Made by a program: the position numbers and the translations under genes
The notes under the pieces: model-generated
What the model saw: the letters and a program-made list of their open reading frames with translations, nothing else
The model's database searches: none
Told to the model about the DNA's origin: nothing
From: Camelus dromedarius
Lineage: Eukaryota
Direction: 5' to 3'
NCBI RefSeq assembly: GCF_036321535.1
Contig: NC_087437.1
Coordinates: 104,906,001 to 104,970,000 of the forward strand
DNA length: 64,000 nucleotides
Shown here: positions 50,264 to 62,804 of the stretch, in pieces
How positions within the stretch are numbered: the stretch's first letter is position 1
How the letters are laid out: every line of letters begins with the position of its first letter

Positions 50264-50900
50264 AATCCATAATGAAATGTGTTTTTCAACATGCAAATAG
50301 TGAAATTCTTCTACATACAAGAAGACAGTAAATAAGAGTCCATACTTTACCCCTCTGGGTAGAGTCACCTTGAATACAACAACCATAAATTCAGGCTGAT
50401 AGAGTTGTGAACCTTTAGTGACTCAGATGCCATAAATGATATTGCCATTGGTGACATGATTTTTCAAAATGGTGGAACAACATTCAGGAAAATTCTTAAT
50501 TAAATAACTTTCCTCAGATTAAGACATAGTTTTACTGCTGGAAAATTTCACTTTTATTAAAATTATGAAAACAACATACTATACTGCACATGTATATGTA
50601 AACAGTAGGACTCTATGATCAGTTTTTTTTTAAGTTTTATTATTTACATCTGAAAGTGAGACAGGACTGGGGACAATTCTTCAGTCTTTATAACACCATC
50701 CTTGTTTTTCAGGATGTCTAGAATGCTGGACTCCCTGTTCTGAATAATTCTGGTACTTCAGTATCTCAATCATTATAGTAATTATACTTCTGACAGTTTA
50801 CAGAGGCTCTGTAGAGAGAGGTCCAGCCACTCATTTGGAATGGATAGAGGAAAGGTTTTTCCAATGAATGTTTTAATATGTACGTTTTATTATGATGATG

Positions 50901-51408
50901 ATATAGTGAGGTCTGCTGATCTGCAAATGATTACCACTGAAAAGACAGTATGTCACCTGCAATATCTAAAAGGTGGGGGTGCTCCACGCCATAGAGGGCC
51001 CCACAGCACAGGACCAGGGTCAATGTGGAGGCACATGGAGTGGGAAGAAAATGTGGGTAAGAGACTTTATTGTAGTTTCCATAGGAAGAAACAGATGAGG
51101 GAAGGTAAGAAGATTTAGGATTGGCTAGTTTGAATAATCTCAGTGGACTCTGGGGTGGGAGGGCTGTCTTCAGACCCTGTCTGGTAGCTGGCCTTGGCGT
51201 GATTAGGGCAGAGAATATTGGCTGGGAGTGTAAGAGCCTGCTGGAGGAGGTGAGAGTAAGGATGTGGGCTCTGGATTAGTTAATCTCCATGAAACACATG
51301 CCTTGTGGTGAGTCCTTGGGAACTGGCTAGCCCTGAGAGGGGTGGTCTCCCCAGGAACAATAAGGCCCCAGATATCAAAGCATTAGAATAAAAAGACACG
51401 CTCAGTAC
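50901..51408 (-). mobile_element. ERVL solo LTR (MER74-like)
   Basis: ggattggctagtttgaataat...gtgattagggcag...ggctagccctg...ggccccagatatcaaagcattagaata...taCA. Confidence 0.8.
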
Positions 51409-51672
51409 AAAGACAGCAAACAGATAGCCAGAGACATGGGAGAAAATCTAGGTGGATCTGGTCTCCTGGAAGCCAAAGATGAGCTATTTTTTCCCAGAAG
51501 GAGAGCTCAACAGTATTGCTTAGGGTGATGAATGATAAGGATTGGTTCAGTAGTGCTAAATTCAGCAACAAGCATGTGATTTTGACCTGAGGAAATCAGT
51601 ATGTGTGGAATCATGGGAAGTAATCTTGCTTTCTGTGGATTGGGAAATGAAGAAGTAAAAATAGTGAGCAAG

Positions 51673-52302
51673 TGAGACAGGAGGGAAGGGGGCAGGGCAC
51701 AGCCACTCAAGGAATGATAGCAACCAAAATGGTGGAAGATTCACCTCCTAGTTGGCCTTGAGGATTAAGAGGTTTAACTTCTAGTAGAACTTGAGCTTCA
51801 TTATATGCTCATTGTAAAAGCGTGATCAAATAACATGCCCACAGGCGCCATGACAGCCCCAAGGCTGACCGCAAAAGGCCAAAGAATGGGCGGTGGCCCA
51901 GTCCCTGGGAATCCCAGCCCCTTCCCCAGGGCAGTTGGATTGATCCCACCTGTAGGCGTGTGAAGCTACTGAGACCATAAAAAGTGACACCACCATGCCT
52001 AGCCGCCCTTTTCGCTCCCTCCACTTTGGAGACGGCCCGCACTCTGTCTGTGGAGTGTGTACCTTCTTTTACTTTAACCTGAGCACCCAATTCCCACACC
52101 TCTTTCCTTGCCTTTCTCTTGCCTTACACTCTATGCAGTGTGTATCTCCCTAAATAAATCTACCTTTACTCAATGGTGGCTTGCACTTGAATTCTTTTCT
52201 GCGTGAAGCCAAGGACCCATACTTGGCGGGGCACCTCCCAGGGGCTCAGCCGAGACCTGGAACATGGCCCTCCTCATGCCCCACATCCGTTTTCCTGCAT
52301 CA
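51673..52302 (+). mobile_element. MER41-like ERV1 solo LTR (copy 2)
   Basis: TGAGAC...GCATCA ends; perfect 4-bp TSD caag (51669-51672 / 52303-52306); cccacaggcgccatgacag and gaattcttttctgcgtga...aaggaccc MER41-type blocks; AATAAA near 52153. Confidence 0.88.
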
Positions 52303-53734
52303 CAAGGGGTATATCAACCTCAGAATTCTAGCTGTGTCCTCGAGGGGAGGGACTGTTAGGAAGACCAGCCATGTGTAGGAAAGGGTTTGTAATTTGTTCA
52401 TTACATTTTAAATTTAATTTTTATAAGACAGAGATGTAATCAAATATAAGAGATTAAGGGAAGGAAGGTAACTGTGGAGAGTGAGAGGTTACATAGACAT
52501 AAAGGAAATTTCCCCCAGGTATGTGGGAGCCAAGAATTGAAGAACACAGACAGAAAAACAAACTTTCTGCAGCTCTATGGGAAAATGATTCTTTCCAATA
52601 GAAAATAAGAAAGAAAGATCAAGTGAAGGTTCATATACATTTCTAACTTCGGAGGTAGGAGACTAAGGGAGTTGTCTTCTGATATTTTCTATTTTATTTT
52701 AGCTTTTTTGCTAAGAGGTAGATGAGCTCATCTGATAAGAATAAGGTGGGAGGAAAAAGAATTTGAAATTCAAGGAGAATTCAGAAAGTTTAAAATAGCC
52801 ACGTGGAGACTAGGAGGGAAAGCCAATTAGAGAAATAAATTCTAAAAAAGATGAGGCGGGGGAGTATCTAAAATGTGCAGTGGACATACTGAGGATTTTA
52901 TTGTAAGCTTTTTCTGCCTCTTAAATGATAAAAGTAAGTGTACTGAGAACATACGTTTCCAATGGAAGTGGTTTATAAGGGTTTCTCATGAGAACTTTGT
53001 GGAGTAGATTATATAGGTCTACAGGAATGGGTGCAGGGAATGAAGACTACAGGATAGAGCTGAAAGGCATTTCCTCCAGATAAATCTTAAAAACTGACAA
53101 AACATGTAACTTCATATCAAACGGAAGAAGTTAGAAGCTTCTTTGAAACTGCACATCATATATCTACACTTGTGGTTATTTCAATTCTGTGGGGTGATTC
53201 TTCTATCCAGTTGTACCTGTCATGGTGGGATGTTTCCAAGGCACACGTGAAAAAGGAAAGGAAAATGTATTTCCAAACAGATTAGCAGTAGTCAAATTTA
53301 GCAAGTTTGATGCATTCTGCCCAAAGCTGATGAAAGGATTATGTTATATTTGCAGAAGGCTTACACTTTTAGACAATATTTAACAGTTGCTATCTCTCCA
53401 TTCTCTGGCTAAGTCTTTCCTCCCCCAGCTGTTCAAGTTAAGGGAAGAAGAGAGCTTGGTGCCCTACAGAAAGGCATTAATACACAGTTTTTGAGAAACA
53501 GCTGCTCTTTGAATGGTCACTTCTCTTTGAGAAGCCAATAACTAAAGTGTAATTCTGCATTCTTGCCTAGTAGAGTTTAGGGATTTCTGGTTGTTGCAAA
53601 CTGAATTCAGAAAACATTAAGACACCTTGGTGCTGTGAAGACACTAAGATGACAAACCATGGAGAAGCTGATGATCAAATTCTGGAGACAGAGGAGTATA
53701 CATTATACACAATGACTACCACGATTTGGCCTCA

Positions 53735-53950
53735 TAACATAGTGATTCAAAACATGACCCTTAGAGTTAGATGTCTCTAGTCAGTGTCACCCTATGTGGC
53801 TCTTGGCAGGTTATTTATACGTTGTATGTCTCAGACTTTCTTGTTTAAAAAATGAGTAGGACAGCACTTCACCATGTTGAGCACCAGTCAGTGAAGTAAG
53901 TGGCCATGTGTTTATTATGGTGCCCACCACATACTAATCATTAACAAACA
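53735..53950 (+). mobile_element. MIR SINE
   Basis: catagtgattcaaaacatgacccttagagttaga...cttggcaggttattta...tctcagactttcttgtttaaaaaatg. Confidence 0.7.
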
Positions 53951-54744
53951 TAAAGAGAAGCAGTGAGTAAAAGTTTGAAGACATTAATCCCGACTAGAGG
54001 TAGTGGGGCACAGAAAGAAAGGGTGTCGTCTTCCTTAACTCCAACTTTCAGCTAAGGATTAGGAGAAAATCTGAGTCATATTCAACCAAAAAAACCCCAC
54101 AAACTTCCAGAAAAAAAAAAAATTTAAAGTTGGTGTCAGGATCACCACATTGAAAACTAAATTCCCTGATGCAGGTCATCCCTCTGAGAGAGGCTTTCCA
54201 TTTTGGGAGCTACATATATTAGATTTTGCTATCAGAAAATCCCCCACCTCCGAACATCTAAATTGCATCAGCTATAATCTGATTTCTCTGAATTTACTTT
54301 AACAGCAACAAAAACTATGTTTCCATCTTCAGTGCTTATATCACTACCATGACAAATGCCAATAGAAAAAAATAATAGCCTCTTGGATTTAGCCTCCAAC
54401 TTTATAACACATCTCTTGGGGTTCATGACCTAGTATGAAACTCGTGAATGTAAATTCACCCACAAATACACCCACCACTTCAACAAAGCATCCCTTCCAA
54501 GAAAACCTGCCCAGGTTAAAAATACAACATGAAAAGGAATATTTAACCTCAACTATTCCCTTCTAAACTCCCTTGAATATATCTTGAACAACGTGCTCAC
54601 GATGGTAATAACACTTACATAGAAAGTAAGCAGCAATTTACAATAAGCCAAAAATGGCTCGTTAATATTAATCTTTCCCAATCAGTTTAAACGGCACATG
54701 CAGACTTTCTGGGTGCAATGGATCCCAATGAGAAACATGCATAA

Positions 54745-54910
54745 TTAACATTTATTAAGCATCTATATGGTTCTAGAACTATTCTCAAACCCTCTTGGTC
54801 CAGGTAATCACTATTATTCCTATTTTACTGTTGAAGGAATGCATCTAAGGTCATACAGTCAATAATGACAGAGCTAGGTTTTATTCTGACCCTAAACCTC
54901 AGGCTTTCCC
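54745..54910 (-). mobile_element. MIR SINE
   Basis: taacatttattaagcatcta...tattattcctattttac...aaggtcatacag...gacagagctagg. Confidence 0.7.
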
Positions 54911-54927
54911 TTCATCATGATACTTCC

Positions 54928-55036
54928 TTTTTTAAATTTTATTTTTTATTGAATCGTAGTTGATTTACAATGTTAGTTTCTGGAATACAGCAAAGCAATT
55001 CAGTTATACATATATAAGCATATATATCTTTTCAGA
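54928..55036 (-). mobile_element. Very short camelid L1 3' tail with 17-bp TSD
   Basis: TSD ttcatcatgatacttcc (54911-54927) / ttcatcatgatacctct (55037-55053); body tagttgatttacaatgttagtttctgg...cagttataca. Confidence 0.9.
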
Positions 55037-55298
55037 TTCATCATGATACCTCTTAAAATGAGAGAAATTAGGAAATCTCTGTCTCAATATTTCTATGCTA
55101 GGTTTTATCAAATTTTTATGAGGCATATATAAAAAACAAGACTATAAAGATACAGAATTCATTTCACTCCTATGCCCTCAAGTAATGCTTTGTCTTCTAA
55201 CAGAACCAAAGACCTGTTATCAGAATGAAAGTCAAATGTGATGATATGGCAACTAATAATACAAAAATGGTATTTTTAAGTGGAGGCAGAAATTGTGA

Positions 55299-55321
55299 GT
55301 GTGTGTGTGTGTGTGTGTGTG
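55299..55321. repeat. (GT)n microsatellite
   Basis: About 11 GT units. Confidence 0.9.
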
Positions 55322-55559
55322 CTCTTTAATAAAGTTAGCAAACTGCAAGAGAACGTGTGGTGATAATCTCAATTTTTTGCAAAATTTCGTATGATTGTAA
55401 ACACATATAAAACTTCGAAAGGTAAACACCAAACATTAACTATAATTACTATAATAAATTAAATATGATTTTTTTCTAATTTAACATAATGGACTTCAGA
55501 TACTGGCAACTTATTTCTGCAATGGACATATGCACTTTATCATGTTATGAAAACCTTTC

Positions 55560-55742
55560 TATACTGTATAAAATGTTAACTTTACTCCCTCAAGGATTCT
55601 ATGAAATGCCTATTATTATCATCTCTATTCCACAATTGCAAAAATAAGGACTCAAAAAGATCGACTCTCTCAAATTCACAAAATTATTGAGCAGCAGAGT
55701 TAGAATTTTAGCCCACGTCAAAAGCTTAGCTATTTGCCACAG
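55560..55742 (-). mobile_element. MIR SINE
   Basis: ctatgaaatgcctattattatcatctctattccacaattg...aaattcacaaaatta...gcagagttagaatttta. Confidence 0.6.
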
Positions 55743-56129
55743 TCTTTCACTTGATCCAAAAGAATGACACACATTCGTGTGTCAGATTTCCTTCTGCTTA
55801 TTTATTTCGTTATGTATAGTTAGATATATTTATGATTTATGGAAACAGAAATAGTTGGTCCACCTCAATTTAACCCCATCTCAACATATAGCTAATATAT
55901 AAAATTGCTTTAATTGGGTTGTTAGGAAGGTATTATATAAAAATAATAATAATAAAAAATCTCCTAAATCCAGTTTTTCTAATAGAAGGGAAGGCACATT
56001 ATTGGATTTAAAGTAAAATTTAAATGGGTATTTTGGTCTTTTTGAGCACAGATTTTGGTGGTTACAAGGAGAGATAGTGTAAATACATACTGGTGCTTTA
56101 AGAGAGAGAGTGTTACAGACCAGAAGAGA

Positions 56130-58360
56130 AGAGGCCATTTAAAACAATGGTAGCCCACTTATTTCAAATAAGTGAAGAAAAGATGAATAATGAAACCCTT
56201 ATTAATTAAAGGGCACTGGAACAATTCAAAAGCTGTGTAGAATAAAAACATCATGTTGCATTTCAATTTTGTACCAACATAATTTGATTGACAAATGACT
56301 GAAGCACAGAAAAAAAATATTTAAAGTACAAAAAGAAATCTTGAGAAAATTATTATTGTATCAGAGTAGAGAACACTTCAAACATATAAAATAAAAAGCT
56401 GCAAAAGAAAAAAACCACATTAAAAACTAATAATTCCTGGCAGAAAAAAAAATCATGAATGTAATAGGCCAACAATAACCTGGTTCAAATCTTTGCAACT
56501 AATATTATAAGAAAAATTACAGCTTGTTTAACACATAAAGAGCATCTCTGTATTAATAAAAACAAAAATCTTAAGTAGATGAATAGTTCTTAGTAAAGAA
56601 AATACAAACATATGTAAAGTTTAACGTGTGAAGTTTCTCAAATATTTTTCAAATGGAATCTACAATAAGGTGCTATTATTTCACCTCCAACATAGCAAAC
56701 ATCAGAAATAGTTTGATAATGCATTTTGTTGTCAAGAAGGGGAAGTGTTAGAGCAGGCAGTTAGCTAGATATGAGCAGAGAAAGGGGGACATGGGCAAAT
56801 GGCAGAAAACCATTCATCCTGTGAACAATGGGGTCCTTGGACACACCAAGAAAAACAGGATCCTCTGGACTGATATAAAACCATACCTTCGGGGTTGATA
56901 AGTGTCCTGGAAGTAGAAGGGTGGGAGAGGACAGGAATCTCCACCATCTGAACATAACCTTTCAATGATTAAGACCTCTGTCCAAAATAAACAAATATCT
57001 TTTGCTTATGATACCCCCTTTCCGAATGTAATCTTTGTTCTTTATGACCTCATCTAACTTCCCAATTGAGACTAAATAAGGACAAAAATCCCTCCTCCCC
57101 ACCTGGGGAGGTGGAGCTGGGATGAAGATCAGGAAAGAAGATTCCAAACCTCTCCCTGCCAATGAACATTCTGCCCATTCGTTTTTACACCCTTATAACC
57201 AGCTTGCCAAGGAAACTTGGGGCAGCTACCTACCTGGGTCTGCCTACTCTTTCCTTGAGAACATAATGACCTATCCTTTAATAAATCCTCGGTTTGCTTT
57301 CTTAAGCTCCACATCTTATCTCTGAATTCTTTCTGTGATGAGACAAGAACCTCTCACCCACAACAGACGTACACAGGGAAGTGGGGTAGGAAAGTAGAAA
57401 TTTCCATGCATTGTCAACAGTAATATAAATTGGCTTGATCACTGTGAGAAGCAATTTGGCAGTATTTGCCTAGGAATTTAATATAAAGTTATATCCTCAT
57501 CTGTGCTATAAAAAGTACACATCTATCATTATTCAGAACAAATGGTCAGATTTAGGGTAGGGGTGGGAGGTGATAGCAGTGAATTCTAGTAAAGTGAAAA
57601 CCAAAGATATGCTTACAGAAAAGGTAAATGATCTTTGAAGTTCAGAGATTTAAGAACGAAAAGGAACAATGAAAAGAGCTAATGTGTGAGTAATACAAAT
57701 GAACATTGAATGGTGTCTGGCTGGGTTTAGAATTTATGTGAAACATTAATAGCGTATATTAGGAAGAAATATTAATAGAGTTAAACCAGTCTATGTTTCT
57801 TTTATTTTCCAAGAAGAGGATAAAAGTACCAATTAACCTAAGACTGGATTGAAATTTGAAAATAAGTGAATAGAAAAAGGTTAACTATGCAAATGGTGTC
57901 TATATGCACCATAAAACATTGTCACATAATAAATAATAAAAATGTGCAAGAATATAAAGAAAAATCAATGAAACAAAAATCATAATGAAAGAATTTCAGC
58001 TATCTTAGTAATTTATAGAAAGTTAGTCAAAGAATATAGAAGATTTAAACAACTTGATTAGCCAACTTTCTCTAATTCTCTAACAGAGAATATCATCCCC
58101 AAATGTAGGGTACATATTAGTTTTAAAAAAATGTAAAATATTTAGGAAATCTGACTCAATTTGGAGCCCACAGGAAATCTCTGTAAATTTTAAAGACCCT
58201 ACACCATATAATTTTTCCATCACAATATACTTAGAGTAGTCAACAGATAGAAAACAGAAGACTAAACAGAAAGCTGAGATATTTGTATGTTTGGAAATTT
58301 AAAAATATATAATTCTAAGTAACCCATATATCAAAGAAAAATTGTAATTATATTGGAATA
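56130..58360 (+). mobile_element. Old L1M fragments interrupted by an LTR39-like LTR
   Basis: A-rich L1 text (agtttgataatgc...|...gtaatataaattgg...gaagcaatttggcagtat; aagaatatagaagatttaaacaac; ttggaaatttaaaaa...ttctaagtaacccat...caaagaa). Confidence 0.6.
56746..57365 (+). mobile_element. ERV1 solo LTR (LTR39-like)
   Basis: TGTTAGAGCAGGCAGTTAGCTAGATATGAGCAG start and CAACA end; TSD gaag/gacg; AATAAA near 57280; gaattctttctgtgatgagacaagaacc U5. Confidence 0.85.
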
Positions 58361-58435
58361 TTACAGTTACCATCTCTAAACACGTACATACAAATACACA
58401 CAAAATTTGACATCTTTTGGAAATGTATACCAGAG

Positions 58436-58596
58436 TCATGTTTCTTAACTGGAATTTGCATGTGAAACGTTTGGATAAATTGTTAAAATGGACATTCTGA
58501 TTCAGCAGATCAAAGGTGGGACCTGAGATTTTGCATTTCTAACAGTTCTCTGGGAATCGTGCTATTGGTTTGAGGACTATCTTTGAATAGCAAAGT
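58436..58596. mobile_element. MER5A-like hAT MITE
   Basis: ttgttaaaatggacattctgattcagcag...ggtgggacctgagattttgcatttctaacag. Confidence 0.8.
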
Positions 58597-58755
58597 GATG
58601 GAGTTTTTACTCTCATAACCCCTGGGATGCTACCTGCATTTGGTAGACAAGAGCCAAGGGTCCTGATCTTTGTACAATGTGTGGGATCAGAACCAACCAA
58701 TCAGGAATTGTTCCACTCAAAACAACAACAGTACACCGGTTGAGACACACTTGTA
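58597..58755. mobile_element. MER20-like hAT MITE fragment
   Basis: gatgctacctgcatttggtag...gccaagg...tacaatgtgtggga...gaattgttccactcaaaa...gttgagacac. Confidence 0.6.
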
Positions 58756-58886
58756 GACTGACAATCTCAAATGAAAGGTGAAAAAGACTGTTATCCAGAA
58801 ATATTAAAGGATTTGTGACCTACTGACTCAACTGCACATTCCAAGACTAGAATCAAGGCTCTTGCTTTGCACACTAGTGATCCTTC

Positions 58887-59379
58887 TGTAAAAGAAATAT
58901 TGTATCAGACACACTGAAAACATCAAGGAAGACTTTATTTAACGTAGCTGCAACAGGAGTCAATGTTTGCAATAGGGGAAAGAGACTGAACTCAACTCTG
59001 CTGAAACCAAAGGGGAGACGATTTTTAGACTCCAGTTTGCACCAATGGAAAAGTACTGGGAAAAGTTAGGAGGGGGTTTGGTCAAAGGGATGAGGCCATC
59101 TGTGTTTGCTAATCCTGGCTCATTGAAGTTGGGCTCCTCTCTTCCCACACACACTAGGAGATGGGAACCTTATCTTTCTGATTATGTATCCAAGGGGTGA
59201 CTCTCAGGTCCTTGAAAAATAATTTTCTGGGTTGTAAAAAATTTATATTTCAAAAGAACAGAGGGGAAAAAAAATCACAACTGCAAGTTTTCTCAAGTAA
59301 ATGCTCTAAGCAAAGGGAGGTCAGGCCTCCATAGTTAAGAAGCCCATCGAAATTGAGCCAAGTTGAGGGAAACATGTCA
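58887..59379 (-). mobile_element. ERV1 solo LTR (MER67/MER89-like)
   Basis: aaggaagactttatt...tgcaataggggaaagagactgaactcaactc...caagttttctcaagtaaatgctctaag...gggaggtcagg; TG...CA ends; no TSD match. Confidence 0.8.
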
Positions 59380-59399
59380 GTACCAACGCTCACAAAAAC

Positions 59400-59560
59400 T
59401 GCCTTCCTCCCCTCCCTTCTTCCTTCCTTCCTCCCTCTCCCGCCTTCCCTCCCTCCTTCCCTTCCTTGTTTCATTCCTGATTTTCCTCTTTTCAAGATTC
59501 CTCTATTGCTTCCTTTTTTTTCTTTATTCTTGTTTCTTTCCTTCCTTCCTCTCTTGACTT
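59400..59560. repeat. Polypyrimidine (CCTT/CCCT-rich) tract
   Basis: Nearly purine-free low-complexity sequence. Confidence 0.85.
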
Positions 59561-61862
59561 TTAAATTTACATATACCCACCCCCATCACACACATTACTT
59601 CACTTAGAAAAGTTAAGAAATGCCATTCATTGACTTAGAAAAGGATTAAGTGCCATTTGGTATTAAAAGACAGGTAATTGGTTTGTAGGATATCCACTGC
59701 AATTTCATTAAATGAAATGGAGGAAAATGTTCTAAAATCTAGTTTATAGCCCTGTACCTCACCTCCTCCAACCTCCTCTTCCCCTTTACAGATTTCTCTC
59801 CATCACCTCCCTGCCTAATTGAGTTATTTATTCCCCAGACCACAAGATGCAACATCTGTGGTGGCTTCCGTTGAGATTTATTTAGCTGGATTTTCATTAA
59901 AATAGCTACTGAATTGACTCCATAAAATGTTGCTTATCTTAATAACACTCTTTAGAGCTTTGCAAATTTGCATTTAATACTCTTTAGTGTCATTACAGCA
60001 TTAATAATCTGTGCCTAAAGAGCAATAAAGAAAAAAACTTTATGCTTTCTATTTAATAGAGGTGGCTTCATAACCGTCCATTTTCATGCAGCATGGGCTT
60101 TGAAAGTCCCAGACAGAAGCTAAAGGGAGAATATTCATGAGCAAAATGTGGTCAAGTCTCAATGGAATTGTTTCCTTAGACTGATGGAACCTGAGTCTTC
60201 TAAGATATTTGCCTCACCATAGTATTCTGTCCAAGAAAACAATCCACATCTCTTGCCTCAACCCTGTCACATGTACCTTCAACATCTCCCAAAGACGTTG
60301 CTTTAAATTTCTTTGAAATCTCATAGCTAATGAGAATGAGATAGGAGGAGACCAAAGAGAGGTAAGGACTCATGTGTAAGTAAATGAGATAATACGTTGG
60401 CTGCTGATTTTAGATTAGCCTTTCAGATCCATGTGCTTAAATGCATCATTAAATAAGAAAATGTTAAGGATGACTTCGGGTGTCTCTCTTTCACCTCGTT
60501 CCATAGAGTTTGTCTTAGTGGACTGAATTTGCAGAATAAGTTAAAAAGAAAAAAGATATTGACAAATGTTTCACACTCAGATTTCAAATAACCACCATGG
60601 GTTTCCCATTTCTAAAAGCAGTTGAGTGGAAGGAATTGTGTAGTAATTTAGATGAACTGAGCAGACCAACATGTGAACAGAAAGGCTGGTGCAGGGCGTC
60701 TCATAGGTGGAGAGTCTTTTAAAGATGTTTTATAGTCAAGCCAAAAAAAAAAAAAAAAAAAAGAATTCCAGGAAGTATCTGTGACTTTCCTGGCTGCAGA
60801 ACACTATGTAGTGGAGGAGTGATTTACATTCACATTTTCTATAGTTTAAGATCTATTAAGAGGAAAATAAAAGTGTACAGATTGCAGGGGAGGGATCTCA
60901 CAGAAATCTCCACAAATGACAAGACTCTTAGATGCCTGCATTTTTCAAGGGTGTGTGTGTCTCAAAGGTACTGCTTTTCAGTCTTCCCCCAGGCTGCTTC
61001 AAACAGTCAGCATCTCAGATTTCCTGTGAGATCAAGGCTGATTTTTCCAGTTCATAATGCATAATGAAAACAGAGACAAGCCTTTCTCGCTGTGTTTATT
61101 CACACTCACAGATACTATCTTCAGCAAATCAGTCAGAATCCTCTGTCAGTAAAACAGAACAGACATTGGTGGGGGAACTTAGAAAATTGAAATCGGAAGA
61201 TGAATACATTGAAATTGGACCAGGACAATAAAAGAACATGCTTTTATCTGCAAAAGAAAGGGAGGCCAGCGAACAGGTACACTGAAAGGGTGTGAGACGA
61301 ATGATAAAAATCTTCAAGTTAAGCAAGAACTTGAGTGAACAAAACATCTATGAATTGACTACAAAAGAACAAAGTCATAAATAGCTTCAAATTCGCACTC
61401 AGGGGAGAGTTCCTGTCAGACAGAGGGCAGCCTCTGGTGATCCACAGAGAAGGGGAAAAAAAAACAAAGCAGCCATTTAGGCAAAGAATAGCAGGGGCCA
61501 GAGTTAAAAATCAAAGTAACAAGTAACAAGATTTTTAAAAATAGCCTTGCTTCAGTAACTTCTCTGAAAAGAAAGGTACTGAAAGGTTCACAAGAGGATT
61601 TAAGATCTTTTAAGCCAGTTCCCATATGTCATTTATCAATTAATTTTGGTACTAGTACAGAGAAATTATGCTGCTTTAACTTACGTTGTAAATTTCATTT
61701 TATGCCATTGATTTTTGCACTCAACACACGCACTTATGTTGTAATGTTCTTAGTATCTCTAGTGATGTATTGAAGAAAGAAACCCTCAAAGTGACTGTGC
61801 AGCAGGATTTCAGAACTGTCATGGGCCAGCGAATACTGTGTAAACACAAATGACCTCATTTT

Positions 61863-61964
61863 ATTTATTTTATATTATTTTATTTATTTTATTTTTTTTT
61901 TGAAGTATAGTTAGTATAGTCAGTTTACAATGTTGTGTTAATTTCTGGTATACAGCACAGTGAT

Positions 61965-62006
<42 letters not shown>

Positions 62007-62089
62007 CTTTTCCTATTCTTTTTCATTATAGGCTATTACAAGGTTTTGGATATAGTTCCCTGTGCTATACAGTAGGACCTGGTTGTGTT
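61863..62089 (-). mobile_element. Short camelid L1 3' end with 15-bp TSD and internal (AT)n
   Basis: TSD aaatgacctcatttt (61848-61862) / aaatgccctcatttt (62090-62104) followed by AA, giving a TTTT/AA L1 endonuclease site. Confidence 0.92.
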
Positions 62090-62639
62090 AAATGCCCTCA
62101 TTTTAAATAGGGATGTTTATTGTGGTTACGATGACCCTCTTCCCCCAGTGTAATGTGGGTGTGTGAGGGTGGGAGGTGCTGAGGGAAATACGAGTAGGGA
62201 ACACGTAAGTTGACAATTTTACTTGTTGGCTTTCCAGGACATAAGGACCTGTTAAGAAGACTCTCCTAAGATCTTAGATTTGGAGCCTAGTGCTCTGGTT
62301 GAATGGAACTCCTGACGGGTGGAGGTAGGTAAGTAAGAAGGAATGTACATTCACTTGTAAAGAAAGGAGAGTGAAGAGGAGAGACGAGATGAATAGACCT
62401 GTGGTAGCCGCATAGGCTGCATTTTTGTTTGTAAATATTGACTTCACATCTCTTAGGGACAATTGCCCCTCTTCTCCCACTGGCCTCAGTCCTGGGCAGG
62501 CATTGTGCTTTGATTGGTGAAATAAATGCAAAAAAAAAAAAAAATGGCTCTTCTTCACGTCTGTCAGATGGTGAAGAGCCAGTGTGTGTCTTGCCATTCT
62601 TTTCTTTCATTTGCTCTAGGGTGTGGAAGTGTGTATGAA

Positions 62640-62804
62640 AGTGAAGCCTCCATCAACAATGGTCCCTGAATAACCATAGGAAGCAGAGGTCCCCTGCTAG
62701 ACCTAGGGAGACATGTGAGCCATGCAAAGAATAAACTCTGTTAGCGAGTGAGATATTAGGGCTGTTTGTTAAGCAGGAAAATATGTTCTATCCTATCTAA
62801 TTCA
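62640..62804 (+). mobile_element. MaLR LTR 3' part (MLT1J/K-like)
   Basis: ggtccctgaataacc...gcagag...gacatgtgagc...aataaactctg...gagatattagggctgtttgtta...tatcctatctaattCA. Confidence 0.7.

Larger units (their letters stand above)
48270..52950 (-). mobile_element. Long L2 remnant broken by MER33 and three LTR insertions
   Basis: L2 tail cattcatccatccatttattt at 48270; L2 text resumes at 48722-49690, 51410-51672 and 52303-52950. Confidence 0.65.

Noticed and set aside
37264..52302. Full provirus between the two MER41-like LTRs
   Set aside because: The LTRs are inverted, have different self-contained TSDs, and no gag/pol/env lies between them
61112..61385. Protein-like charged reading frame (possible processed pseudogene)
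   Set aside because: Multiple stops, no recognisable parent protein, no poly(A) or TSD; purine bias explains the appearance
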